Origin: an uncultured Acidobacteriota bacterium
GTDB lineage: Bacteria > Acidobacteriota > Thermoanaerobaculia > Multivoradales > SZUA-115
Assembly (NCBI GenBank): GCA_963805975.1
Contig: CAWDVR010000003.1
Location: 576,001-640,000, forward strand
Reading direction: 5' to 3'
Length of the DNA stretch: 64,000 nucleotides
Shown here: one piece after another, positions 29,667-42,354 of the stretch
Layout of the letters: each line of letters starts with the position of its first letter
How positions within the stretch are numbered: the stretch's first letter is position 1
The notes under the pieces: generated by a model
Told to the model about the DNA's origin: nothing
Database searches by the model: none
What the model saw: the letters and a program-made list of their open reading frames with translations, nothing else
Made by a program: the position numbers and the translations under genes

Positions 29667-31121
29667 GTGAAGCCGCGGACCCTGCTCGTCCTGCTCGTGC
29701 TGGTGGCCGGCCTCGGCGCCTTCATCTGGTTCCACGAGCGCAAGCTCCCCACCTCCGAGGAGCGGGCGGAGCAGGCGAAGAAGGTCGTCCGCCTCGAGGC
29801 GGACGAGGTCAAGGCGCTGGCGATCGAGGTCGACGGCAAGAAGGTCCGCCTCGAGCGCGAGGCGGCGCCGGCCGCCGAAAAGGGCGAGAAGAAAGAAGAC
29901 GAGGCGACCGCCTTTCCGCCACCGGCACGCTGGCGCCTGACCGAGCCGTTGTCCGCGGCGGCCGACGGTGCCGAGGTCGGGCGCCTGCTCGACTCGCTCC
30001 TCGGGCTCGACAAGCAGCGTACGCTCGACGACTACGACGCCACGGAGCTCGGCCTCGCGAGCCCGCGCGGCAAAGTCACGTTCGAGACCGCCGAGGGAAC
30101 GAAGGTACTCTCGATCGGCGCCCAGCTCCCGGAGTCGGACTCGACCATCGTCGCCATGAAAGGCGAAGAGGGCGCTTTCGTCGTCTCCTCGTTCTTCTAC
30201 AGCGACCTGGCCAAGGAGCCGGGCGACTGGCGGGACAAGTCGCTCTTCCCGGGCGAGAGGAAAGACATTCAGAGTGTGCGCCTCACTCCCCAAGGAGCAA
30301 CGCCCACAACTGGCGCGTCCGTGCTGCTCGCCCAGCGCGGCGAGGAGCTGTGGCTCGAGAGCCCGCTGGTCGATCGCACAGACCGCGAAGCCACCGACAA
30401 GCTCCTCACCCAGGTCTCGGGCCTCAAGGCGACGCGCTTCGTGGACCAGCCGCCGCCCGAGGGCCTGCTCGGGCTCTCGCCGCCGGCAGGCGTCATCGAA
30501 GTGGTGCTCCAGGGCCGGCCGGAGCCGCTCCGGATCGAGGTGGGGGCGCCGACAGCGGAGGGATCGCTCTCACGCTACGCGCGGGTGAGCGGCCAGCTCG
30601 TCGAGACGGACGCCGATCTCCTGCCGTTCCTCGGCCAGGCGGCCGACTCCTGGCGCTCCCTCGCCTGGACGGGTTTCGACTCGTGGGCCATCGAGAAGGC
30701 GACCGTCGAGGACCCGCAGGGCAAGCTCGAGCTGGTGCGCGACAGCGGCGAGTGGAAGAGGGACGGCGTCGAGATTCCTTACACGCCGGTGGGCGATTTG
30801 CTCGCCGCGCTCTCCGAGGCCCGCGCCGAGCGCCTGGCACCGCCGGAAGCGAGCTCGGTCCTCGGCGGCAAGGCGCCGCTGACCATCACCCTCGCGGGAC
30901 GGGACGACAAGAGCGAGACCCTGGGGCTCTATCCGGTGATCGACGGCGATTCGCCTGCCACTGTCAGCGGACGCCAGGCCGTGCTGCTGCTCTCCACCAA
31001 GACCGTCGAAGACCTCCAGGCCAAGATCGCCGCCGTGCGCGCAGCCGAGCCGGTGGCGAAGGAGGCCGAGGAGGACGGCGACGCGGCGGGGGTGGAGGTG
31101 GAGAAGGAGGAAGGGGAGTAA
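29667..31121 (+). CDS. DUF4340-domain protein
   Basis: TM anchor; repeated W-L..P...D..LGL.P units; usual fourth gene of gldAFG-like operons. Confidence 0.8.
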   Translation: MKPRTLLVLLVLVAGLGAFIWFHERKLPTSEERAEQAKKVVRLEADEVKALAIEVDGKKVRLEREAAPAAEKGEKKEDEATAFPPPARWRLTEPLSAAADGAEVGRLLDSLLGLDKQRTLDDYDATELGLASPRGKVTFETAEGTKVLSIGAQLPESDSTIVAMKGEEGAFVVSSFFYSDLAKEPGDWRDKSLFPGERKDIQSVRLTPQGATPTTGASVLLAQRGEELWLESPLVDRTDREATDKLLTQVSGLKATRFVDQPPPEGLLGLSPPAGVIEVVLQGRPEPLRIEVGAPTAEGSLSRYARVSGQLVETDADLLPFLGQAADSWRSLAWTGFDSWAIEKATVEDPQGKLELVRDSGEWKRDGVEIPYTPVGDLLAALSEARAERLAPPEASSVLGGKAPLTITLAGRDDKSETLGLYPVIDGDSPATVSGRQAVLLLSTKTVEDLQAKIAAVRAAEPVAKEAEEDGDAAGVEVEKEEGE

Positions 31122-31151
31122 GGGCCGAGGCCCGCCTCCCCCGCTCTTCGC

Positions 31152-32528
31152 CTACCCTCGCTGGCGGCCGCCGCTGCGGTCGCCCATCGAGACCCTGAAG
31201 CCTCCCGTGCTCTGCCGGTCGGTCCGCTGCGGAGACGGACCCCGGCCCGGGGCCGCCCGTTGGCTGCGATCCCGTGCCGGCGCCGGCGCCTGGCCCCTGC
31301 GCTCGGCCTTCTTGGCCGCCCGCGCCCGCGCCTCGGCCTTCTCGGCCCGCATCTTGGCCAGCCGCTCGGCGAGCGGGATCTCGAGCTTTTCGGCCGCCTT
31401 GCGGTGGTAGTCGAAACCCTCGACCGTGCGGCGCGGCAGGCGGCTGCCGAGGACGCGCTCGATGGCGTTGAGGTCCGAGTTCTCGTGGTCGGCGACGAAG
31501 GTGAAGGCGTCGCCCACCGCCTCCGCCCGGGCGGTGCGGCCCACGCGGTGGATGTAGTCCTCCGGAACGCCCGGCACGTCCAGGTTGATGACGTGCGAGA
31601 TGCCCTCGACGTCGATGCCGCGCGCGGCGACGTCCGTCGCCACCAGCACCCGGTTGCGCCCCGTCTTGAACTCGGCCAAGGCCTGAGTGCGCTGCGCCTG
31701 CGAGCGGTTGCCGTGGATGCGGTCACAGGCGACGCCGTTCTTGGCCAGGAAGTCGGCCAGCCGGTTGGCGCGGTGCTTGGTGCGGGTGAAGACCAGCGCG
31801 CTCCGGACCTCGCTGCGGCGGAGCATCTCGAGGAGCAGGGCGGACTTCAAGTCCTCGCGCACCGGGAACACCGACTGCGTGATGCCGGTGGCCGGCGCGG
31901 CCTTGCGCTGGAGATTGACGGTCACCGGGTTGCGCAGCAGCTCGCGGGTGAGGCTCGCGATCGGCGGCGGCATGGTGGCGGAGAAGAACAGCGTCTGGCG
32001 CTCGGTCTTGGGCAGGTGGGCGAGCACCCGCCGGATGTCCGGCAGGAAGCCCATGTCCAGCATGCGGTCGGCCTCGTCGAGGACCAGGATCTCGATGCCG
32101 GGCAGCTTGGCGTAGGAGTACTGGAAATGGTCGAGGAGCCGTCCGGGAGTCGCCACCAGGAGGTCGACGCGGCTCTCGAAGGCGCGCTTCTGGGGGCCCA
32201 TCGACACACCGCCGTAGATGGCGGCGCTCTTCAAAGACGTATGGGCCGCGAGCTGGCGGAAGCTCTCGTCGATCTGGGCGGCGAGCTCGCGGGTCGGGCT
32301 CAGGACCAGCGCGCGAGTGGTACCGCGGCCCTTGGCGAGCAGGCGATGGAGCACCGGCAGGAGGAAGGCGGCCGTCTTGCCGCTCCCGGTCATGGCACAG
32401 GCCAGCACGTCGCGGCCTTGGATGCCGGGCGGGATGGCTTCCTGCTGGATCGGGGTCGGGCGTTGATAGCCCAGGCTCTTGACGCCAGCCAGGAGGCTGG
32501 GATGAAGCTCGAACGAAGAAAAAGGCAT
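31152..32528 (-). CDS. DEAD-box RNA helicase (RhlE-like)
   Basis: Q motif, TGSGKT, PTRELA, DEAD, SAT, HRVGRTAR. Confidence 0.95.
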   Translation of the reverse strand: MPFSSFELHPSLLAGVKSLGYQRPTPIQQEAIPPGIQGRDVLACAMTGSGKTAAFLLPVLHRLLAKGRGTTRALVLSPTRELAAQIDESFRQLAAHTSLKSAAIYGGVSMGPQKRAFESRVDLLVATPGRLLDHFQYSYAKLPGIEILVLDEADRMLDMGFLPDIRRVLAHLPKTERQTLFFSATMPPPIASLTRELLRNPVTVNLQRKAAPATGITQSVFPVREDLKSALLLEMLRRSEVRSALVFTRTKHRANRLADFLAKNGVACDRIHGNRSQAQRTQALAEFKTGRNRVLVATDVAARGIDVEGISHVINLDVPGVPEDYIHRVGRTARAEAVGDAFTFVADHENSDLNAIERVLGSRLPRRTVEGFDYHRKAAEKLEIPLAERLAKMRAEKAEARARAAKKAERRGQAPAPARDRSQRAAPGRGPSPQRTDRQSTGGFRVSMGDRSGGRQRG

Positions 32529-32799
32529 GCGTGTTCCTTGAGTCTTTCTGAGGGCGGACCCGGCTTCTCGTGCGGAGTACCCGCGCCGAAAGGAGCTCGC
32601 GCTCTTTGCTGCCGGCGTTTTTGAAGGGGAAAAACGGAGACTTGCCGGAGGAGGCCGCCGTTGGAGCCCGAAGGGCCCGCTGATGTCGATCGTGTCCGGG
32701 GCCTACGACAAGCAGAACCGGGGATCTAACGGGGGGAAGTGTCTCATACTTTGCCGGCCGGGCCAAACCAGGCTGGATCACGGAGGCTCGCGCTTGCCG

Positions 32800-34376
32800 T
32801 CAGATCCCCTCTGCCCGCCATTCTCCGAACACCCCGCGCAGCCGGTCCGCGATCTCGCCCAGGGTCACTTCGGCCCGCACGCAGTCGAGGATCCTGGGCA
32901 TGAGGTTCGAGCCTTCGGCCGCGGAGGTGGCGAGGGCCTCTAGGGCGGCGTCGGCTCGGGGACCGTCCCGCCGTTCGCGCAGGGCCCGGACCCGTGCCGT
33001 CTGCTCGCGCTCGGCCTGGGGATTGATCTTCAGCACCTCCTGCGGCTCCTCCTGTCCGGCCTGGTGGACGTTGACGCCCACCACCTCGGCACGGCCCTCC
33101 TCGACGGCGCGCTGGTGCTCGAAGGCGGCGTCGGCGATCTCGTCCTGCTGGAACTGGCGCTCCATGGCGGCGAGCGCCCCCCCATCTCCTCGATCCGGCG
33201 GATGTAGTCCCGCGCGCGGGTGACGATCTCGTCCGTCAGGTGCTCGATGACGTAGGAGCCGCCCAGCGGGTCGGAGACGTCGGTGACGCCGCTCTCGGAG
33301 GCGAGGATCTGCTGGGTGCGGAGCGCGACCCGCGCCGAGCGCTCGGTGGGCAGCCCCAGGGCCTCGTCGGCGGCGTTGGTGTGCAGCGACTGCGTGCCGC
33401 CACAGACCGCGGCGAGCGCCTGGATCGCCACCCGCACCACGTTGTTCTCCGGCTGCTGCGCGGTGAGCGTCGAGCCCGCGGTCTGGGTGTGGAAGCGCAG
33501 CCAGGCGGAGCGCTCGTTCTTTGGTTGGTAGCGCTCGGTGACCAGCTCGGCCCACAGCCGGCGGGCGGCGCGGAACTTCGCCACCTCCTCCAGAAAATGG
33601 TTGTGGGCGTTGAAGAAGAAGGAGAGGCGTCCGGCGAAGTCGTCGATGGCGAGACCGCGGGCCAGCGCCGCTTCCACGTAGGCCAGGCCGTTCGAGAGGG
33701 TGAAGGCCACCTCCTGCACAGCGGTCGAGCCCGCCTCGCGGATGTGGTAGCCGGAGATCGAGATCGGGTTCCACTGCGGCACCTCGCGGGCGCAGAAATC
33801 GATCAGGTCGGTGACCAGCCGGAGGCTCGGCGCCGGCGGGTAGATGTAGGTGCCGCGGGCCATGTACTCCTTCAGGATGTCGTTCTGCACCGTGCCGCCC
33901 ACCTTCGCCCAGGGCACGCCCTGTTCCTCGGCCACCACGAGGTAGAGGGCGAGGAGGATGGACGCCGTGGCGTTGATGGTCATCGAGGTGGTGACCTGGT
34001 CGAGCGGGATGCCCTCGAACAGGCGCCGCATGTCCCCGATCGAGTCGATGGCCACCCCCACCCGGCCGACCTCGCCGCGGGCCATGGGATGGTCCGAGTC
34101 GTAGCCGATCTGGGTGGGCAGGTCGAAGGCCACGGACAGGCCCGTGGTGCCCTGCGACAGCAGGTAGCGATACCGCCGGTTGGACTCGCCCGCGTCCGCG
34201 TAGCCCGCGTACTGCCGCATGGTCCAGCGGCGGCGGCGGTACATGTCCTCGTACAGCCCCCGGGTGAAGGGGAAGCGGCCGGGGTCGCCGGTCTTGGCCT
34301 CGTAGTCCGCGCGGGCGGTCTCGGGTGGGCCGTAGAACGGCTCGAGAGGGATGCCGGAGCTGGTTCGGCGGCTCAT
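32800..34376 (-). CDS. Methylmalonyl-CoA mutase large (substrate-binding) subunit, frameshifted in a C7 run at 33177-33183
   Basis: [27 protein letters not shown] and HTQTAG; C-terminus ([11 protein letters not shown]...TLGEIAD.LR.VFGEW) in the adjacent frame; no B12-binding domain. Confidence 0.88.
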
Positions 34377-34469
34377 GAGGGCGGATTATAGAGGCGCCCG
34401 CGAGTCCTTCGCGGGGTCGCGGGAGGGTGTCCGGCCTGATTCGGTGTTGCTGCAAACGTTTTCTCGCCT

Positions 34470-34516
34470 ACACTAGCCGTAGGGCCGGCTGTGACAGACT
34501 CCACAACATCTAGTGG
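34470..34516 (+). promoter_or_regulatory. Tandem NrdR boxes
   Basis: CCACAACATCTAGTGG (34501-16) fits the NrdR-box consensus; weaker ACACTAGCCGTAGGGC 31 bp upstream (34470-85); both upstream of nrdJ. Confidence 0.75.
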
Positions 34517-34610
34517 CTGGCCCCTTGACGGGCTGGCTTCGAGGAGCTAGGCTCGAACTTGCGCCTGTCTTCAAACATTGTCACTGCATCGGAAGGAGGA
34601 AAGATCGACC

Positions 34611-37406
<2,796 letters not shown>

Positions 37407-37586
37407 AGAACTAAAAAGCCCGGAAGTGGCGAGAGGCTGCAGATCCAGCCTCGGCCGGGAGGAGAGGGAGTACTGGTACTTTTATTTTGGGGCCGGGGGT
37501 GGAGCCGCGAGGCTCTGCCTCCGGCCCGAGGGTTCTCTAGCCCCAGGGTTCTCAGCGGGGCCGGGTTCGCTTATCCTGGCTCTCCT

Positions 37587-38120
37587 ATGCGACCGACCCG
37601 AAAACCCGCCGCTCGCCTCGTCCTCCTCTCGCTGCTCTTCACTCTCCATCTCGCTTGCTCCAAGCCGGCCCCAGCCTCCTCCTCGGCCGCGGAACCGGGC
37701 GCGACGCTCGGCCAGCCGGCCCCGGCCTTCGAGCTCGCCGATCTCGAGGGCGCCAAGGTGAGCCTGGCGAGCCTGCGGGGCAAGACGGTGCTGCTCGATT
37801 TCTGGGCGACGTGGTGCAAGCCCTGTCACGAGCAGACCCGGATCCTGACCCCGCTCTACGAGGAGCTCGCGGGCCAGGGAATCGAGTTCCTGGCCGTCAA
37901 CTCCGGCGAGGACGAGGCCACCGTGCGGCGTTTCGTCGACAAGAACCCGTTTGCCTACCCCGTGCTCCTCGACCCGGAAGACTCGCTGGCCGGCAAGCTC
38001 GACGTGATCGCGCTGCCGACGCTGGTGGTGGTCGACAAGGACGGCAATGTCTCCTTCACCGAGGAAGGGATCGCGGAAGCGGCGGCGGTCCGGCGGGAGC
38101 TCGCGAAGGCGGGAGCGTAG
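37587..38120 (+). CDS. TlpA/ResA-family thiol-disulfide oxidoreductase lipoprotein
   Basis: Lipobox LAC; DFWATWCKPC; LPTLVVVDKDG. Confidence 0.9.
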   Translation: MRPTRKPAARLVLLSLLFTLHLACSKPAPASSSAAEPGATLGQPAPAFELADLEGAKVSLASLRGKTVLLDFWATWCKPCHEQTRILTPLYEELAGQGIEFLAVNSGEDEATVRRFVDKNPFAYPVLLDPEDSLAGKLDVIALPTLVVVDKDGNVSFTEEGIAEAAAVRRELAKAGA

Positions 38121-38128
38121 GTGAGACA

Positions 38129-38231
38129 CCCCTCTGCCCCCCTCTCCCCGCAAGCGGGGAGAGGGGGGCAGAGGGGATCTCGTTCAGGTCCCCTCGCCCC
38201 GCGTCAGCGGGGAGAGGGTTAGGGTGAGGGG
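38129..38231. repeat. REP-like palindromes between convergent genes (likely bidirectional terminator)
   Basis: Perfect 23 bp inverted repeat at 38129-38176 with an AA loop, plus CCCTCGCCCCGC..GCGGGGAGAGGGTTAGGGTGAGGGG. Confidence 0.8.
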
Positions 38232-38252
38232 CTCGTCCGGCGAGCCAGTCGG

Positions 38253-38891
38253 TTACTGCAAGACCACGAGCACCACGCGGCGGTTCTGGGAGCGACCCTC
38301 GCGGTTCTTGTTCTCCGTGACCGGCTCCTTCTCGCCGTAGGAGATCACCGACATCTTGTGCAGCGGGATGCCCTCGGCGTTGAGGAAGCGGCGCACCGCC
38401 TCGGCACGGTCCTCGCCGAGCTTCAGGTTGTAATCTTCTCCGCCGACATTGTCGGTGTGGCCCTGGATCTCGATGTACACGCCTTTGTTCTCGCCCTTGA
38501 GCTGATCGGCGATGCCCTTGAGCGCGGCCGAGGCCTCGTCGCCGAGGTCGGCCTTGTCGAAGGCGAAGTGGACCTTGTCGTCGGTCAGCGAGACCTCGTA
38601 GAGCAGCTTGCCTTCGGCGAGCTTGCCGGCCGCGCTGGCGCGGTCGAGCGCTTCCTGGGCGGTCTTCGACGCCTGCTGGGCCTGGCCCGTGGCGGTGGTG
38701 ATGCGCTGGTCGTGCTGGCCGAGCGTCTCGTCATGGCGGCGAACGTCGGTCTGCGTCTTCTCGACGTCACCGGCGACCTCGTCGACACGCGTGTTGACCG
38801 TGCCGACCTCTTTACCCACGTACTTTTTCGTCGCGCAGCCGGTGGCCACCAGGCTCACCGCCGCGAGTGCAATCAGTAGCTTGACTCTCAT
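38253..38891 (-). CDS. OmpA-family lipoprotein with coiled-coil N-domain
   Basis: Lipobox ATGC; FAFDKA, GHTD, NLKLGEDRA and NRRV. Confidence 0.92.
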   Translation of the reverse strand: MRVKLLIALAAVSLVATGCATKKYVGKEVGTVNTRVDEVAGDVEKTQTDVRRHDETLGQHDQRITTATGQAQQASKTAQEALDRASAAGKLAEGKLLYEVSLTDDKVHFAFDKADLGDEASAALKGIADQLKGENKGVYIEIQGHTDNVGGEDYNLKLGEDRAEAVRRFLNAEGIPLHKMSVISYGEKEPVTENKNREGRSQNRRVVLVVLQ

Positions 38892-38967
38892 CTCTCCGTC
38901 TCCTTTGTCTTTCGTCAAACACCGGCTAGCCGGCGTCAGGGTTTGAATCCTTCGGGTGCCCCGGGGC

Positions 38968-39948
38968 TCATGGCGCCCCCGAGACCTTTCTCGAGGCCTG
39001 CTGCGGCGAAGTGCCGTGATAGGCCTGCCGCGACAGCACCTTGACGTTTTTCTTGTCGACCTCGACGCGGATGCTCCGCGCCGCCTCTTTGCCCGCGCCG
39101 CTGGTGGTAAAGCCGAGCACGTACTGGTGGCGGAGATCGTCGGCGATGGTCACGATCGCTTCCTTGAGGTCATCGGCGCCGGAGATCGCGAAATAGCGCC
39201 CGCCGCTGTAGAGCGCGAGCAGGTTGAGCACGTCGGAGAAGCGGTGGATCTTCTTGCCGCTGTCGTCCAGCTCGTAGGGGCTGCCCGCGCCCAGGCCCAG
39301 CACGTAGACCGGCACCTGGGCCTGGCGCACCAGATCGCGGGCCTCGGCGGCCGCGATAGTGCTCGCGTTGTCGACTCCGTCGGTGACCAGGATCGCGGCC
39401 CGCTTGGCATGGCTGCCGCCGGCGCTGATCTCGGGCAAGAGAGCCACGGCATCGTGGAGCGCCGTCTGGCCGTAGGGGTCCCAGGTCTGGGTCGCTTCGC
39501 GCAAAGCCTCGGAGTCATTGGTGAAGGGCACTTCCACCTGCGTATAGGGGCCGGCAAAGCTCGCGATGGCGAACTCGTCCGCCACTTGTGCCCCGTCCAG
39601 GAAGTGGCTCACCACCTCCCGGCTCGCCTCGAGCCGGCCGCCGTGCGCCATGCTGCCGGAGAGATCCTGCAGGAAGACCACCGAGATCGGTGCGTCGCTG
39701 CGCTTCTCGAAGCTGTCGAAAGCCACGGTGCGGTTGTCGACGAAGAGGCGGAAGTCCTCCTCGGCCAGGCTGGTGACGTAGCCGTCGCCCGACCGGACCA
39801 CCACCGGCACCAGCACGTAGCCCACCGACACCTCGCCCCCAAAGCCTTCCGGGCCGCGGGGGCCTTCCTGGCCGCTCGCGCCCTCCTGGGCGCGGGAGCG
39901 CTGTGCCGGCAGGGACGGCAGGGCCACGAGAGCCGTGGCCAGCGCCAC
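38968..39948 (-). CDS. VWFA-related (Acidobacterial-type) VWA-domain protein
   Basis: DLSGSM MIDAS, TALHDA, VTDGVDN and QYVLGF; start uncertain (GTG 39948 chosen). Confidence 0.85.
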   Translation of the reverse strand: MALATALVALPSLPAQRSRAQEGASGQEGPRGPEGFGGEVSVGYVLVPVVVRSGDGYVTSLAEEDFRLFVDNRTVAFDSFEKRSDAPISVVFLQDLSGSMAHGGRLEASREVVSHFLDGAQVADEFAIASFAGPYTQVEVPFTNDSEALREATQTWDPYGQTALHDAVALLPEISAGGSHAKRAAILVTDGVDNASTIAAAEARDLVRQAQVPVYVLGLGAGSPYELDDSGKKIHRFSDVLNLLALYSGGRYFAISGADDLKEAIVTIADDLRHQYVLGFTTSGAGKEAARSIRVEVDKKNVKVLSRQAYHGTSPQQASRKVSGAP

Positions 39949-39979
39949 CTTTGCTAGCCTTGCGCGCCAGGAGGCGCCC

Positions 39980-40237
39980 ATGAGCGATCGCATCAACATC
40001 CGCAACATCTCCATCAAGTGTGGCAACTGCAACACCTACCAGACCCTCTCGGCCTTCAACCCGCGCGAGGACTGGAACGTTTACACCTACGAGTGCGACA
40101 ACCAGAGCTGCGATCCCGCCGTGACCCGGACGTATGTCGAGGTGCCGCGGGAAATCGACGACTTTGCCCGCCGCGACCCGGAGTGGCGGGGTGGAGGGCG
40201 GCACGGCGAGGTTGGGGACGGCTCGCCGGAGGAGTAG
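39980..40237 (+). CDS. Small putative Zn-binding protein
   Basis: AGGAGG SD; CGNC...CDNQSC; 85 aa. Confidence 0.75.
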   Translation: MSDRINIRNISIKCGNCNTYQTLSAFNPREDWNVYTYECDNQSCDPAVTRTYVEVPREIDDFARRDPEWRGGGRHGEVGDGSPEE

Positions 40238-40341
40238 GGGCAGGACGGGCACGGGCGTCGAGAGGTGCTGCGCTTCGCGGTATGCTCTCGCTCCGGCCGG
40301 GCGCGGCCGACCACCCACAACCCATCCCGAGCGAGGGCGAG

Positions 40342-41406
40342 ATGAAGACGATCGTGCACATCGTGGGCACCGGCACCATCGGCGAGCCGCTGATCGGTCT
40401 GTTCACCGACTTCAGTGATCGCATGGGCATCGACGAGGTCACCTTCCACAAGCGGACGCCGCTACCCGACGACCGGGCAAAGATCGCCCACCTCATGACC
40501 CGCGGTGCAAAGCTTGCCGTCGATGCCGACGTGAAGGAAAAATTTGAAAAGCTGGGTCACACGGTCAGCTACGAGGCACAGGAGGCGCTGGAGCGCGCCA
40601 CCGTAGTGATCGACTGCACGCCGGCCGGCAACGAGAACAAAGAGGCGGTCTACTCCAAGCTCTCGGGACCGCGCGGGTTCCTGGCCCAGGGCAGCGAGTT
40701 CGGCTTCGGCAAGCCCTACGCCCGGGGCGTCAACGACGAGGTTCTGGTCCCCGGCGAGGATCGGTTCATTCAGGTGGTTTCGTGCAATACACATAACATC
40801 ACGACGCTGGTCAAGACCCTCTGTGACGACGGGGATCGGGGCTACTGCCTCAATCGGGCAACCTTTGTTTGCATGCGGCGCGCCAACGACGTGACCCAGG
40901 GCGACGACTTCATCGCGGCGCCCCAGGTCGGCAAGCACGACGACCCCGACTTCGGCACCCATCACGCCCGCGACGCCCATCACGTGTTCGAGACCCTGAG
41001 CAAGGATCTCGACCTCTTCTCGAGCGCGGTCAAGCTCAACACCCAATACATGCATTCGATCTGGTTCCAGTTCATGCTCGACCGCGACATGACGAGGGAC
41101 GAGGTGGTGGCGCGTCTAAAGGACAACCCGCGCGTCGCGGTCACCGATAAACGGCAGGCAAACCTGATCTTTAGCTTCGGTCGCGACCACGGCTACTACG
41201 GCCGTATCCTGTCGCAGACGGTGGTGGTGGTGCCGACGCTGGCGGTGCGGCGCAACCGCGAGATCTACGGCTTCTGCTTCACGCCGCAGGACGGCAACTC
41301 GCTGGTCTCGTCGATCGCCGCCGCCCTGTGGCACATCGATCCCGAGCCGGCGAGCGTCAGCGAGCGGCTCAACACGATCCGCCGTTGGGTGTACAACGAG
41401 ATCTAG
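40342..41406 (+). CDS. Archaeal-type (class II) glyceraldehyde-3-phosphate dehydrogenase homolog
   Basis: GTGTIG, VIDCTP, QG.E, VVSCNT, RRAND, HH..D and MH motifs as in archaeal GAPDH. Confidence 0.72.
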   Translation: MKTIVHIVGTGTIGEPLIGLFTDFSDRMGIDEVTFHKRTPLPDDRAKIAHLMTRGAKLAVDADVKEKFEKLGHTVSYEAQEALERATVVIDCTPAGNENKEAVYSKLSGPRGFLAQGSEFGFGKPYARGVNDEVLVPGEDRFIQVVSCNTHNITTLVKTLCDDGDRGYCLNRATFVCMRRANDVTQGDDFIAAPQVGKHDDPDFGTHHARDAHHVFETLSKDLDLFSSAVKLNTQYMHSIWFQFMLDRDMTRDEVVARLKDNPRVAVTDKRQANLIFSFGRDHGYYGRILSQTVVVVPTLAVRRNREIYGFCFTPQDGNSLVSSIAAALWHIDPEPASVSERLNTIRRWVYNEI

Positions 41407-41499
41407 GGGCTGGCTCGAGGCCCCCTCCCGATCGGGGCGGCGGGTCAAACGACCCCGCCCCGAGCAGGGAATTTTTCCCCGAATCCTCGGAGGGACCGT

Positions 41500-42354
41500 T
41501 TGGCTGACGTATCCGCCACCGCGCTTGCCCTGGGCAGCGTTCGCATCGAAGGGACCTCGGTTGCCGGCGAGGAAACCTGGTTTCGGATCTTTCCGCCGGG
41601 CCTCGCTTTCGACGTCGGCCGGGGGGCTCCGCAGCTCGCCGGCGCTCGCGACTTCTTCATCAGCCACGGCCACCTCGACCATGCGCTCGGCATCCCTTTC
41701 GTGCTCTCGCACCGAGGTCTGCGTCCCAGCATGGGGAGCCGTGTCTTCTGCCCCCGGGAGCTGGCGCCGGCCATGGCCGCTCTGATCGCCGCCGCCGAGG
41801 CCATGGAGGGCGTGACCTTCGACCACGAGCTGCACGGCCTCGAGCCCGGCGCGCGGGTCGAGGTCGGCAAAGGGCTCGCGGTCGAGGCGTTCCGCACCGA
41901 CCATGTGGTGCCGAGCCTGGGCTTCCATCTGATCGCGGTGAAAAAGCAGCTCGCCGCGCGCCTCCGGGGCGAGGCGCCGGAGGAGATCGCGCGCCGCCGG
42001 CGCCTGGGAGAAGAGGTGGACGAGGCGTTCGAGGAGATCGCGCTCACCTACTGCGGCGACACCGGGCCGGGGGTCTTCGAGAGCGAGCCGCGGCTCTTCA
42101 CCTCACGCGTGCTGATGCTCGAGTGCACCTTTCTGGGCGCCGAGCAGCGGGAGAAGGGCAGCGCCTACCGCCACCTCCACACCGACGACCTGGCGGCGGT
42201 CGCCGGCCGCTTCGCCAACGAGGCGATCGTGCTCCATCACCTGTCGCGCCGCCATCGGCGCAGCGAGCTGCGGTCGTACCTCACGCGAGCGCTGCCGGAG
42301 CTGGCGCCACGAGTCCACGTCTGGGGAGAAGGCGCCTGGGGAGAGAACAGGTGA
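41500..42354 (+). CDS. Metallo-beta-lactamase-fold hydrolase, RNase Z-like
   Basis: SHGHLDH, YCGDT, ECTF and HLSRR; TTG start uncertain. Confidence 0.82.
   Translation: MADVSATALALGSVRIEGTSVAGEETWFRIFPPGLAFDVGRGAPQLAGARDFFISHGHLDHALGIPFVLSHRGLRPSMGSRVFCPRELAPAMAALIAAAEAMEGVTFDHELHGLEPGARVEVGKGLAVEAFRTDHVVPSLGFHLIAVKKQLAARLRGEAPEEIARRRRLGEEVDEAFEEIALTYCGDTGPGVFESEPRLFTSRVLMLECTFLGAEQREKGSAYRHLHTDDLAAVAGRFANEAIVLHHLSRRHRRSELRSYLTRALPELAPRVHVWGEGAWGENR

Noticed and set aside
34377-34610. Cobalamin riboswitch between the two B12 enzymes
   Set aside because: No recognisable B12-box or conserved core by eye; an Rfam scan would settle it
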